A DNA stretch of 63,149 bases, filler included, from Octopus bimaculoides (lineage: Eukaryota), in assembly GCF_001194135.2 (NCBI RefSeq). It is 4 parts of 3 records of this genome, joined end to end, with 100 filler letters (N's around TTAATTAATTAA, not from the genome) between each part and the next. Parts side by side here need not be neighbours in the genome. Positions count along the whole stretch, not along the records: positions 31,000 to 59,138 come from NC_068983.1; 3 more parts are not named here. One strand, 5' to 3'. Positions 36,231-49,329 of this stretch are shown here, piece by piece. Position 1 is the stretch's first letter. The number at the start of each line of letters is the position of its first letter. Both the position numbers and the translations under genes were made by a program. The notes below the pieces were generated by a model, which made no database searches, had not been told where the DNA came from, and saw nothing but the letters and a program-made list of their open reading frames with translations.

Positions 36231-37342
36231 TATTTTCCTGTTTGCATCACCAAACCTATTTATTATACAAATATACATACGTAGGTACGTACGTATGTAC
36301 GTAATGTACGTATGTATGTATGTATGTATGTATGTATGTATGTATGTATGTATGTATGTATGTATGTATCAATAATAAAGGTAATACCAGAATAGGATTA
36401 GGTGAACTTCTGAACAAGTACTCTGACGGGCATGCCAAATGCACAGCAGAACAATAAAGTATCTACAATTTAAAAAAGAATAAAGAATGCTGATAGAATA
36501 TTCTAATGATAACGGCCAACCTGCTGTCAGCACAATAGACCGGATATTATATGGGACAGAGCAAAAGTCGTACAGCTGTAGATGCTTGGTGGATGTGAGT
36601 GTCTCGTTAAAAATTAAGGAAATGGGGCAGTATCTATGAAAACATGAAAAATACAGCTTTTACAACCAGACTATAAATTTTCATTCGTACCTGTTATCAT
36701 AGGTGTACCGAGCTACGAAACAATAAATCTGCATAAAAATCTAGAAAAGCTAGGACTCTCAAAAAAAAAAAAAATAAAAAAAATAAATAAAAGAAAAGAA
36801 CTGATACGCATTCTCCAAATACTGTCGATCGATTGCAGTGAAGACTTGGAAAACATTTTAGGAATTCTTCGTTTGAGGTGCCTGGTTAAAGAGATGCACA
36901 AAATCACATATCGAATACACATATATGCCTACACATAAAAAATATACTAATCTGGCATACACACTTACTACACGGGTGCAACTTTACCTATAAGGCATAC
37001 ATCAACCAATCCAGATAACTACAAACCTTAAGAGCTGTCTTGACTAAAAGAAAAGAGCATTGTCACGTTGTTAGTGACCGGCTTGAATTCCGCAAAGAAA
37101 AAAATTCAAATAAAGAATACATAAGACAGTAAAGTGTACTTTGTGGGAGATTTGGCTGTTATTTCTACCAGATCTAGCAACAATATAGATCAGTAGTTCT
37201 CAAGTGAAGTCCACATGACCCTTGGGCTTCCATATAAGATTTTAAAATTTATGCGCAATAAATCAGTTATACTTTTACAATACACAAATATTTTAACAAT
37301 TATTTAATACAATCCTCAATAATATTTAATTATAATAATATG

Positions 37343-37760
37343 TATTCTCTTTTATTCTCTCTTACTTGTTTCAGTCATTTGACCGCGGCCATGCCGGAGC
37401 ACCGCCTTTAGTCGAGAAAATCTACCCCAGGACTTATTCTTTTTGGAAGCCTAGTACTTATTCTATCGGTCTCTTTTGCCGAACCGCTAAGTTACGGGGA
37501 CGTAAACACACCAGCATCGGTTGTCAAGCGATGTTGGGGGGACAAACACAGACACACAAACATATACACTCATACATATACATATATACATATATACGAC
37601 GGGCTTCTTTCAGTTTCCGTCTACCAAATCCACTCACAAGGCTTTGGTCGGCCCGATGCTATAATAGAAGACACTTGCCCAAGGTGCCACGCAGTGGGAA
37701 TGAACCCAGAACCATATGGTTGGGTAAGCTAGCTACTTACCACACAGCCACTCCTGCGCT
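37343..37760 (-). mobile_element. Full-length SINE family B copy, CpG-intact
   Basis: Minus-strand tRNA-like head (gtggctgtgtggtaag...gggttcattcccactgcg), central microsatellite, tail ending aaacaagtaagagag. Confidence 0.9.
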
Positions 37761-37856
37761 TGTATAATAGGATTTCTAAAAAATATCAAATAGCTAGTGG
37801 GGTCCAATAGAGTAAGATATGAACGAACGGGGTCCAGAGGCAGAAATGACTGAGAA

Positions 37857-38092
37857 CGGCGGCGAACTGGCAGAACCGTTAGCACGTCGGGCGAAATGCT
37901 TAGCGGTATTTCGTCGGTCGTTACGTTCTGAGTTCAAATTCCGCCGAGGTCGACTTTGCCTTTCATCCTTTCGGGGTCGATAAATTAAGTACCAGTTATG
38001 CACTGGGGTCGATGTAATCGACTTAATCCGTTTGTCTGTCCTTGTTTGTCCCCTCTGTGTTTAGCCCCCTTGTGGGCAATAAAGAAATAAGT
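37857..38092 (+). mobile_element. Full-length young SINE family A copy with 12-bp TSD
   Basis: aatgactgagaa at 37845-37856 and 38093-38104; A-box-like and B-box-like (gagttcaaattcc) head. Confidence 0.92.
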
Positions 38093-38144
38093 AATGACTG
38101 AGAATCAGATATAGATGCTTCCAAAGTTGACTGATACATATATA

Positions 38145-38156
38145 TGATGAAAACGA

Positions 38157-38209
<53 letters not shown>

Positions 38210-38300
38210 AGGAGGAGGAGGAGGAGGACAACGACGACGATGATGATGACGATGACGACGACGACGATGTTGATGGAGATGATGATGATCCTGATCATGA
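38145..38300. repeat. Compound trinucleotide microsatellite (GCT)n-(GAT)n-(GAG)n-(GAC/GAT)n
   Basis: Read directly from the sequence. Confidence 0.95.
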
Positions 38301-38619
38301 TATTTACAATTCGTGTTATAGGTTGGGCAGTAGAGCTGAAACTATAAAATGATTTATAGTGAAAGAACCATGTAAGATATAACCAAATGAGAAAAACGAT
38401 AGTTTATTTCTGTTGTAATGGTTTCTTTTCCGCTCTGATTCTGATTTTAATTCTGATGTAGTGGTGTTCTCGTATACCATGCAACACATGTGTCTATCCA
38501 TGTATGCATTTTTTAATCTATTCTTAATATGTTCTCATAAACCTATCTATGCATACAAACTAACAAATGTACTTTTATATCATCAGTAATCTAAAACTAT
38601 ACAAGCAATAATAATTTTA

Positions 38620-38715
<96 letters not shown>

Positions 38716-38765
38716 ACCTGCCTGCCTGTCTGTCTTTCTGTCTGTCTGTCTGTCTGTCTATGTAT
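38620..38765. repeat. Compound tetranucleotide microsatellite (CTAT)n-(CTGT)n
   Basis: Read directly from the sequence. Confidence 0.95.
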
Positions 38766-39462
38766 CTATAAATATTTGCATATATAAGTATGTATGTATG
38801 TGCATATATGTATGTATTTATATAAATATATATGTATGTGTGTGTATAAATATTTTATGTATATAAATATCTTTTACTTGTTTCTCCGTTACTTATTCCG
38901 TTCGTAACGCTTCCACGTGATTAGTTGAAGGGGGATGGGAGGGTTGCGGAGGGGTGAGGAAGGAGAGAGAGAGAGAAGTGATGGTGAGTGAAATGTGTAA
39001 TGTTTTTTTAAGTAAGTTTTTTTCTCTGTTGCTTTGCCCGTCCGTAACGGTTTCACGTAATTAGTTGAAGGAAAAGGCGAAGAGCGAACGAAAAAGAAAG
39101 AGAAAAAGAGGGTAAGGCGAAGAGAGAGAAAGAGGGAGAGTGTTGTGTATTAAGTCTATAAAATTGTGCATAAAGTATATAAAGTGTATATGTAAAGTGC
39201 ATTAAGTAATTATCGTATTCCAATTTTCTTCACTTTTCAATGATTAGCAGATGAGAGACTATCTTTTGATACAGACACAACTCTGGCTATGCTTTCAGGT
39301 CTTTTGGATAAAGTTTCCAGAAATAATCCAATAAGTTTACGATTAATTCCGTGAGATATTCACGGGTCCCACTATTATATTTATTATTCTTTAAGAAGAC
39401 TATTATCGTCAGTGACTTCGGTTATATATAATATAATATAATATAATATAATATAATATAAT

Positions 39463-39496
<34 letters not shown>

Positions 39497-39499
<3 letters not shown>

Positions 39500-40775
39500 G
39501 GGTTGGACAGACTAATGGAAATACCTTAAAATTTCAAACACGTTTATTTTAATATGGGGTACGACCACCTTTGGCAGTAATTACAGCTTGAATTCCCCGA
39601 GCTATAGATTCGTACAAAGTTCGAATTGTTTCCAAAGGAATTTTTGTCCATTCTTCAGCTAAAACAGTCTCCAGTTCTTGTAGTGATGATGGTAGAGGAT
39701 ATCAAATCCTTACTTGTTTTTCTAAAATGCACCATAAATGCTCAATAATATTGAGATCTGGGCACTGTGGTGGCCAGATAAGATGTTCAACTTCACTAGA
39801 ATGTTCTTCGTGCCATTCAGTAACAACTTTAGCAGTGTGAATTGGTGCATTATCATCCTGAAAGATTGCGTTTCCCTCCAGAAACAGTTCCGCAACCAGA
39901 GGATGAATTTGATCAGATAAAATGCTTATATATTCTTGACTATTAATTCTGCCATGAAAGGAAACCATTGGACCGGCGGATTTCTAAGATATAGCCTCCC
40001 CACCCCAGATCATCACAGATTCACCTCCATGTTTAACAGTTTGAAGAAGGCAGTCTGGGTCAAATGCTTCTTTTTGCTGTCTCCACACGTATACTCGGCC
40101 GGTGGTCGGAAATAAGGTAAAGGATGACTCGTCCGAGAACATAACATTCTTTCACTGCTCTAGGGAGAAATTCTGTAGGTTTTTACTTCACTCTAAACGC
40201 TTTGCAACGTTTATTTTTGAAAGTGGTGGTTTTCTGATTGCAGCCCTCAAATAAAATCCGGCTTTATGCAGCTCCCGGCGAACAGTTTTTGTGGAAACTG
40301 GGTTCTCGAGGTGGTCATTAAGCCCTGCAGTAATTCTGGGAGCTGTACTTTTGTGATCCTTTCTAACAATTCGTGTAAGAGTCCGACGGTTCCCATCTGA
40401 AAGTTTTCGTTTCGAAGTTTTGTTTCGACGAGGAAGTTTTTCTCTCTTTCTCAAAGGCTGTAATTACTTTCGAGACAGTACTTCTTGATACACCAAACAT
40501 TTCGGCTGTTTTCGTTACACTAGTGCCTGCCATACTAGCACCAACGATTTGACCTCTTTGAAAGTCCGATAGGTCTGTCATTTTAAAGAATTTTAATTAC
40601 CTTTTTCTGATGATATCTGAAAAGAGACAGCAATTTTAGCAAAACATATTAAGCAACACTAATAATAAATTAAAAAAAACAACATAAAAATAAACAAGCT
40701 TTTGGCGGTTTTATAGATATTTCAAAATTATGATGCTATGATGCTAGGTGTTTCTATTAGTTTGTCCAACCCCTG
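39497..40775 (-). mobile_element. Full-length Tc1-type (DD34E) transposon, 1279 bp, with disrupted transposase at 40581-39549
   Basis: 30-bp TIRs caggggttggaca(g/a)actaat(g/a)gaaa(t/c)acct and TA on both sides. Motifs MTDLSDFQRGQIVG, RAAIRKP, FSDES, FQDDNAPIH, WPPQCPDLNIIEHLW. Confidence 0.96.
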
Positions 40776-40844
<69 letters not shown>

Positions 40845-40856
40845 TCACACACACAC

Positions 40857-40887
<31 letters not shown>

Positions 40888-41089
40888 TTTACAGGCGTTT
40901 CTGTATGCATGTTTGTGTGTTTGTGTGTACGAGTGCATGTATTTCCAGAAACAAAAGATGCTTTTGATTGGTGCAGATATAACAAAATGTACTCAATATA
41001 AAAAGCAGAGTTGTGGCAGATGTGAATAAAAAAATGATACTCGAAGTATTACTATTCCGAGTTCCAACTTTCGGTTTATCAGAAAATAA

Positions 41090-42445
41090 ATGTTTCAAAG
41101 TCAGACATAAGACAAGCAATTTTTGAGGGGAGGGGGTCACTCGATTACATCGTGGATTTGATGTAATTGATTATCCTCAAGACAAGTACTTTATTTTATC
41201 TACCCCGATTGGGTGGAAGACAAAGTCGGCCTTGGTGGCGTTTGAACAAAGATCGTAAACAGAAATATCTAAGGTATGTTTTTCTGACGCTCTCATGATT
41301 TTGACAATCCGCCTGTGTCAATAATTATCGTTCCTCATTTAGGTAGAAGACCAGCAATTTTTGAGAAGAATGAGTTAGTCGAGTACAACAGCCTCAGTAT
41401 TTTACTGGTACTTTATTTTTATCAACCTCGGATAATGAGTGAGAATTAATATCAGCGGGATTTGAACCTATAGTTTAGGAGCCGGAACCAATACCACTAA
41501 TCATAATTTTCCAACGCTCTACTGATTCTGCAAATCTACTGCCATCAGATAATATTGATCTCAAATTTTTGAATATGGCCATCAATTTTAAAGGAAAAGG
41601 TAAGTCGATTATTTCATGCACCTGGTCGTTATTTTATTGACCTCGAAAGGACGAAAGGCAAAATTGACCCCTGTAGAATTTAAACGTAAAGTGCCGGAAG
41701 AAATACTGCTATGCATTAAGTCCAAGACGCTAACGATTCTGCCACTCGCTGCTTTATTGCCATCAAATAATTATGGTTTCAAATTGTGACACAAAGCCAG
41801 CAATTTCAGAAGAGGGATTAAGTCGATTACATCGACCACCAGTGTTCAACTGGTACTTATTTTATCGACTCCGAAAGGATGGAAGGCAAAGTCAACCCCG
41901 GCGGCATTTTAACTCAGAGCTTAAAGTCGGAAGAGATGCCGCTAAGCATTTTGTCCGGCGCAGTAACCATTCTGCCAACCCGCTGCCTCACAGCCATCAG
42001 TCAATAGTCCTTTCTACGACAAGCCTGAAATTTTGGCGGTAAGGGCTACTCGATTACATCGATCCCAGTACTTCATTGGTACTTATTTCATTGACCCCGA
42101 AAAAAAAAAAATTAAATGGCAAAATCGATGCCAGCGGAATTTGAACTCAGAACATAAAGACGGACGGATTACCACTAAGTATTTTGATCCGGGGTGCTAA
42201 CGTTTCTTATTTCTTTATTGCCCACAGGGGGCTACACATAGAGGGGAAAAACAAGGACAGACAAAAGGATTAAGTCGATTACATCGACCCCAGTGCGTAA
42301 CTGGTACTTAATTTATCGACCCCGAAAGGATGAAAGGTAAAGTCGACCTCGGCGGAATTTGAAAACAGAACGTAACGGCAGACGAAATACCGCTAAGCAT
42401 TTTGCCCGGCGTGCTAACGTTTCTGCCAGTGCCAGCTCAACGCTT
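41090..42445 (-). mobile_element. Head-to-tail array of about six SINE family A copies
   Basis: Repeated blocks gtcgattacatcga / tggtacttattt..atcgacccc / gctaacg.ttctgcc roughly every 210-240 bp, all in one orientation. Confidence 0.85.
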
Positions 42446-42679
42446 TACCATCAGATAATAATATCACGCTACACACTTTTATCTACTGAGCCATCACGAG
42501 TGCACCGATCAGGTAATAATGAACGTCATTAATGAACATAGAGAAATATATAGATAAATCTAAAATTCTGTGACCATCATCTCGTCGTTTTACAAATATA
42601 TTGACCTGTTCGGTCGAATGTGATTTATCTTTATTCAAAACGGCAGATTGTGATTCGAGGGAACTTACTCTCTCTTTTA

Positions 42680-42867
42680 ATCTTTTACTCTTTTACTTGT
42701 TTCAGTCTTTTGACTGCAGCCATGCTGGAGCACCGCCTTTAGTCGAGCAAATCGACCCCAGGACTTATTCTTTTTGGAAGCCTATTACTTATTCTATCGG
42801 TCTCTTTTTGCCGAACCGCTAAGTTACGGGGACGTAAACACACCAGCATCGGTTGTCAAGCGATGGT

Positions 42868-42958
<91 letters not shown>

Positions 42959-43126
42959 CATACATACATATATATGACGGGCTTCTTTCAGTTTCCGTCT
43001 ACCAAATCCACTCACAAGGCTTTGGTCGGCCCGAGGCTATAGTAGAAGACACTTGCCCAAGGTGCCACGAAGTGGGACTGAACCCGGAACCATGTGGTTG
43101 GTAAGCAAGCTACTTACCACACAGCC
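42680..43126 (-). mobile_element. Full-length SINE family B copy with expanded (CA)n
   Basis: Highly similar to 37343-37760. Confidence 0.9.
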
Positions 43127-43700
43127 TTGATTACTATTTACAGCAAGTCGAGTCACAGCGAAGAGGTCCGGGTAGTTCCTGAGTGCCCTAAGGTTGTTAC
43201 CATGTACACCACCGCACTGTCAGTTGTTTTCAATTAAAGTTTTGCATATCTATTATTATATTTACTATTTAACTTTTATGTTTAAGTAAATAATTAATTG
43301 AATGACTTTGCAAACGGGTGGGATTTTCAGGTAGAAAAACAATATAAAAGAAATAAAAACTAAAAACAAGAACAACAGCAACAACAACAAAAACCATTAA
43401 AAAATATCTGTTTACAGAGCAGTAAACAATATTTATGTATGCATGCATGTATCTGTCTATAAAAAGTTATTTCTGCCGCAGTTCCAGACTGTCAGGGAGA
43501 TAAGATGCTACAAGTCGCGCATTTCCTCGGGAATGTTGAAACAACTAACAGCTGCTCTGAACGATGCGAGAAATATGGCAATCTGTTAAAAGAAAAGATG
43601 TTAAGATAATTATTGTCAGTCAATCTGTACTTATAACACGATTTTGCACTGAAAATAACACGAATTTATGTATAATGACTCGTAGTTCATACCGATAGCG

Positions 43701-43738
<38 letters not shown>

Positions 43739-43952
43739 GTGTGTGCATATGTGTGTGTGTGAATTATATACTATACATGTATATAATTATATACATCTAT
43801 AGTTTACGTATATATACATAACACGTTATATCTATATATACATGCTACATGCACATACGCATACATACGCATACATACGTATGTATATATATATGTATAT
43901 ATATATATATACATACATATGTATGTGTTTCCATTAGTCTGCCCTACCCCTG

Positions 43953-44029
<77 letters not shown>

Positions 44030-44030
44030 G

Positions 44031-44092
<62 letters not shown>

Positions 44093-45830
44093 AATGTTTA
44101 TTTTTATGTCTAGTTATAATAAAAACAATTTTATATTAACCTGAAGGATTACTCAATACTGTTTATAGAGTGCACACTGATTATTCATTAACAAAAATAG
44201 TATTTGTATTAACTTCAAAGTTTCGGCTTGCTTAGTGAACATCAAACCTTCAGCTAAGCAGACCGAAACTTTGATGTCACTGACAGTACTATTCTTGCTA
44301 AGGAATATATATATAATGTAGGTAGGGCTGAAATGTAAGCGGTGTCCCCTTGAAGTACATCTGATTATTTCAGTATAACAATTCTTCCTGTCCTACTTGA
44401 TTTGCTCTTTATGCTCTCTTCCAACTATCTATACTACTCCTGATTACTAACTCACTATATATAAACGCTTCATCTATATGTAAATTTTGTATTATTAAAC
44501 TCTCTGTCAGAAAAATTTCTAATAACAAAAAAAATTTTTTTTTAAACCCCGAGCCAACCAGCTGAAGACCAAGCGATAGAGGTTGGATACTATCCATAGA
44601 CTTAATTGTTCACACTTGGAAAGTGTAATGATGGTTGCTTCTGATAGGACCTTATTGAGGAATTGTCCGAGGACTCTGTTCACACAACCCTTCTAGGAGT
44701 AGTGAGTGGAGAAGATGGATAGATGAATGGAGTAAGATCCATCCAAAATTCATATCCTAAAGAGGCCATAGATACGTATGAATACGTATCTGGAGTTGTC
44801 TGTGTATTCTTCCTGGTACAGAAATAAGTCAAGGAATGATTCAGTCACCGACCAACCAGTCATAAGACAGGTTGAACAAGTTATGTCGTATCAATATCAG
44901 TTAGAAACTTAATCTGAGTAGATTTAATAACAATAACTTGCAAATTTCTACATTTTTGTCCATCGTACCTTTTTACTTGTTTCAATCATTGGACCGGAGC
45001 CATGTTGGGGCGCCGCCTTAAAGGGTTGAGTCGACCAAATCGATCTCAGTATCTAGTTTTAAAATCTAGTACACACACACGCACGGACACATATATATAT
45101 ACGTCGGGTTTCCACACAGTTTCCGTCTACCAAATTCACTCACAAGGCATGGATCAACCCGAGGCTATAGTAGAAGACACTTGCCCAAGATGTCACGCAT
45201 TGCGACTAAATCAAAAACCGGGTGGTTGCAAAGCGAACTTATTAAAATAAATATCTAACGATCACTTTTCGTGTCTGCCTTAAATTTAGAAAACCAGAAG
45301 GACATTTTAATGTTTTAAACTTGTTGCTCTCTATTCGAGCAATCCCAAAAATAATAAATAAAAAAAAACTACTGAAGATTTAATGTGCTTAAAATTAAAG
45401 GGAAGATTCTGGAAGATTGCCAGTGCATGATAGCTAATATAAATACAACACTGGTAGCGTCTGACAAAATCTTCATTGATATTTCAGTTTGATATAATAT
45501 TTATTTCTAGAGCGCAAAACCAGAGAAAAGGAACGCGTTTAGTTCGAGGGTTAGCTGATAAACCCAACTCAATAAAAATGTTAGTCATTTAGTTGGAAGT
45601 CGATAAATTGGAGAAATATGCCACTTCTCCCCTGCACAAGAAATTGACTGATTAAAAAAATTGTGAAATAAAATAATAGAGAATACCGTATTTTCCGGCG
45701 AACAAGTTCGACATAGTATATACCGTAAACATGGCCGTGTAAACATTCAGACATTGTCGCTAAAATTTCCTGCTGCATTTTACGTGGAATTTTTTGTTCT
45801 CGAAAGTAGACCCGGTGTATAAATCGACCT

Positions 45831-45840
45831 ACTACTACTA

Positions 45841-45889
<49 letters not shown>

Positions 45890-45918
45890 TACTACTACTA
45901 CTACTGCTGCTGCTGCTG

Positions 45919-45981
<63 letters not shown>

Positions 45982-45982
45982 C
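45831..45982. repeat. Compound (CTA)n/(CTG)n microsatellite
   Basis: Read directly from the sequence. Confidence 0.95.
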
Positions 45983-46182
45983 TTTTAATTTTTGGAGCAA
46001 GACCTGCAATGTTAAGAAGAGGGGTGGTCTTCGTCGATTACATCGACTATAGTATTTGACTGACACTTTATTTTGTCGATCCCGACCTGATGAAAGGTAA
46101 AGTCGAGTTCGGCGGAATTTTAACTCAGAATGTAAATAACTGGGAAAAAATATCACTTGGAATTTTGTTCGACGTTCTAATG

Positions 46183-46240
<58 letters not shown>

Positions 46241-46241
<1 letters not shown>

Positions 46242-46680
46242 CATTTCATTTATTTGCCACAAGGGCGAAGGGAACAATACAGAGACAGCCATAAAGTGTG
46301 GGGGTGGGGTTTACATATAATGATGAAATCATAAAAAAGGTAAGTATACACGGTATACACTGAAAAAGAAGGGACATATACATAGCATACGAAAGTAAAA
46401 AAAAAATTGGTGGGGAGGATGATGGAGATGTGGCCCTCCTGATACAGGAAGGCCTCTAGGGATAAACGAGGAAATCCACTGTCCGAAATTTCCCTGAAAC
46501 CCTTGGAGCAAGTGCCCTATCCATTTCCTTCTCTCCGACTCACAGGTCTACACTTAGAGAGGTGCTATCCACTCTTGCCATTTCACTCACCTTTCAATAA
46601 ACTCACCCAAGGACAGCACTTCCCTCTTCACTCTCAATTTCCTTTTCAAGTCAATGAGAGCTCTACCTGATGCAGTACCA
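46241..46680 (-). mobile_element. 3' end of an L1/Tx1-type LINE abutting (ATT)n
   Basis: Minus strand encodes LKRKLRVKREVLSLGEFIER, then a UTR ending ccttgtggcaaataaatgaaatga-(tta)n. Confidence 0.5.
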
Positions 46681-47182
46681 GGCAATAACTCTCATAGCGT
46701 TTGATCTTAACGTTTTGTCTTGGTATAAAAGATGGGCTACAGTATATATTCTGCTTAATACCACAGATTTGCTTGTCAGACCTTAACCAGTCGAGCATAT
46801 CTCTTAGTGGCTGACAATAAGTGCATCTCTGATCACGAGCAGAAGTAGTGGGGAAGCATCATATTCATGTATTGATAGGAATTCTTTGGGGTTTGAATAA
46901 TTCATCTCTGGAAACAAGGGTGTTTCATTTTTCCTTAAATAAACCTTATTCAGAGACCTTTTGAGCAGGATGGGCAACTCGACCAGAAGAAAATTCTCAG
47001 TGGGACTAATCTGCAAGGTCATGCGCTGTTTATCTTAATATGAGTTCATCTTGTTGCGCACATTTAGTTGTGATGCATGTGCCTGGTGTACCCTTATCAG
47101 ATGTGTAGCCATGATGTGTATATTCGGCTTCGTATATTTGTACTCCAGTGTCACTTTGATGGCATACGCTGCTCTCTCACTC

Positions 47183-47224
<42 letters not shown>

Positions 47225-47620
47225 TTTGGCACAAGGCCAAGAATTTTGGCGGAAAGATGCAAGTCGATTACATCGGCCCCAGTGCTTAACTAACTGATAC
47301 TTATTTCATCAACCTAAAAAGGATGAAAGTGAAGTCGAGCTCGGCAGAATTTGAACTCACAATGTAAAAACGGATGAAATTCTCCGGCGTGCTAAGGATT
47401 CTGCCAAATTGCCGCGAAAATAATAATCAGTTCAACCGCGTAATCTTTCACCTTCCTTTATGCTGGTTTCAGTCATTGGACTACAGCCATAAAGAAGTAC
47501 GACCTCTGAATGTGTTTTGGCCACTCGTATCGATCCCAGCACTTATTTCACCTTGGTACTTATTTCAATTTTTTTATCGATCAAAAAATTATCGTGTGGC
47601 TAAATTACCTTTTTGATATG

Positions 47621-47814
47621 CGAGGGGGTGCTGAAAAGTTCCTGGCTTCGGGTAAAAGAAAATACAAGAGGATCAGTTGATTATGGTTTTGTTCAACATG
47701 TTCCCCTCTCAGATACACGGACTTATTGCAGCAGTCCTTCAGTTTTTCTAAGCTCTATAAAAGAATTCGGAATGTTGAGCAACCTTAAAACCGGGAACTT
47801 TTCAGAACCCCTTC
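47621..47814 (+). mobile_element. Mariner-derived MITE
   Basis: TIRs cgagggggtgctgaaaagttcctgg / ccgggaacttttcagaacccc; the same family occurs inverted at 57845-58059. Confidence 0.85.
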
Positions 47815-49016
47815 TGCAGCATTTTTAACCGCAGTTTCGTGACAAAACAAGCATACGTACACACGCGGATATACACGTACATACATACACAGACACATCC
47901 ACACATGCGCATCCATGCGCACACAAACAGATAATGATCTTCTGCACTGTTTCCGTCGATTAAATTCCGCTCGAACCTGAAACACTTCAATCAACTGATA
48001 TCATCTCTGAAATTGGAAGATAAAAATTACCCCTACCAGTATTAAATCTAGAATAAAGAAAGTAGATAACTGTAATAATCCAAATACCATAAGCTAATCC
48101 AAATTTATGGAATATGAAGAACGCAATACATTTAGGTGTGGGGTTTGTATTTAAAAACCAGCTGGTTTCAGTCTTGTTAGATCCCATCAGCCTAGCATAT
48201 TCACTATCAAAGTGTTTCAACGTTGTATGCTACACATGCGAGTCTCTACTGTGCGTGTATATAGAACGCAGAATGCTCCCTGAATTACTGTCTCTCAGAC
48301 CTATTGATATTAGTCACTGTTTTCCCTCTGCTTACATACATTCCACCCTCTCTCTCACACACATCTTCGGTGAGTTAACTTGGGATTCCTTTAACGACTA
48401 TGTTACCTTCATATAATTAAGGTTTCTTTAACCTGATGAGTAGCTAGCGAAGTATCCCTTGTTGAGTAATTATTACATCAGAGGATCTGCTAGCTAGGAA
48501 ACATATATAACCTGAATCTTACCTGCTCTACTCCCTACATTTGGGTATATATATGATGATGATGATCAAATTTAACAAGAATCGAAACATACCTGTTGCA
48601 TTCAGCAATTGGATAACCACTTCTATAAGGAGTTTTTGTTACTTAATCGCAAGAAAACGTCAGCTAGTCGAAGTTTATTTTTTCAATTCACTGTATTACG
48701 TATGTGGAATTCTGCCGTATATCTATAACTCAGAACTTATACTCAATATACCGCTTTGTGGATGAATGCCGAAATCACTTGGCTTTAAAGCATCATAACT
48801 ACATAACCACACGACCACATCTGCGTCTCTATATTCAATTTCTTACCAAAAATATTTCTGTATTTAACCAAGATAACTTTGTCACTATTTTCATGCTTTG
48901 CTTCACATGAATTGTATTTCTGAATTTTCTGTTGTAGATATTACATAGATTCATATTTCAATGATGTACTTTTAATTAATCTCTGACTGATGAGTTTTTT
49001 TTGTGTGTATTTTCAG

Positions 49017-49115
49017 GTTGTGGGAAAGGCAAACTACCTTGCCAGAATGGAACCTGTATAAAAGAAATATTATTCAACGACGGTGTCAATGATTGTTTCG
49101 ACAATTCCGATGAAG
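49017..49115 (+). CDS. Exon encoding LDL-receptor class A-like repeat 1 (GCGKGKLPCQNGTCIKEILFNDGVNDCFDNSDE)
   Basis: Acceptor tgtattttcag|, donor |gtcatt, 99 nt, phase 1-1. C-x6-C-x4-CI...DG..DC.D.SDE signature. Confidence 0.85.
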
Positions 49116-49329
49116 GTCATTTTGTTTTTGTTTAATCAACTAAAAATGACCTTTTTATAAATCATTTCAGGCATAGAAATTTTTTAGCATTGTTGAGTTC
49201 ATAATTATATCTTGAATACACACACCACATTATTTTAATGTTAAATAAAAAAACAAGTATTTACCATTAACAAATATCAACAGCATTCAATTTGGAACCG
49301 TTCAAAGCAAACAGTTCTGAATCATTTGA

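Noticed and set aside
37857-37950. tRNA genes at SINE heads (also 21445 and family B heads)
   Set aside because: A/B boxes are present but there is no complete cloverleaf, and each continues into a SINE body.
41090-42445. CRISPR-like repeat-spacer array
   Set aside because: Units are ~220-bp diverged SINEs in eukaryotic DNA, with no short identical repeats and no cas genes.
45581-47293. Poly-S/A/V/C/T/I/N/L ORFs, and YI/HT/CV dipeptide ORFs elsewhere
   Set aside because: These are translations of microsatellites, with no splice or domain support.
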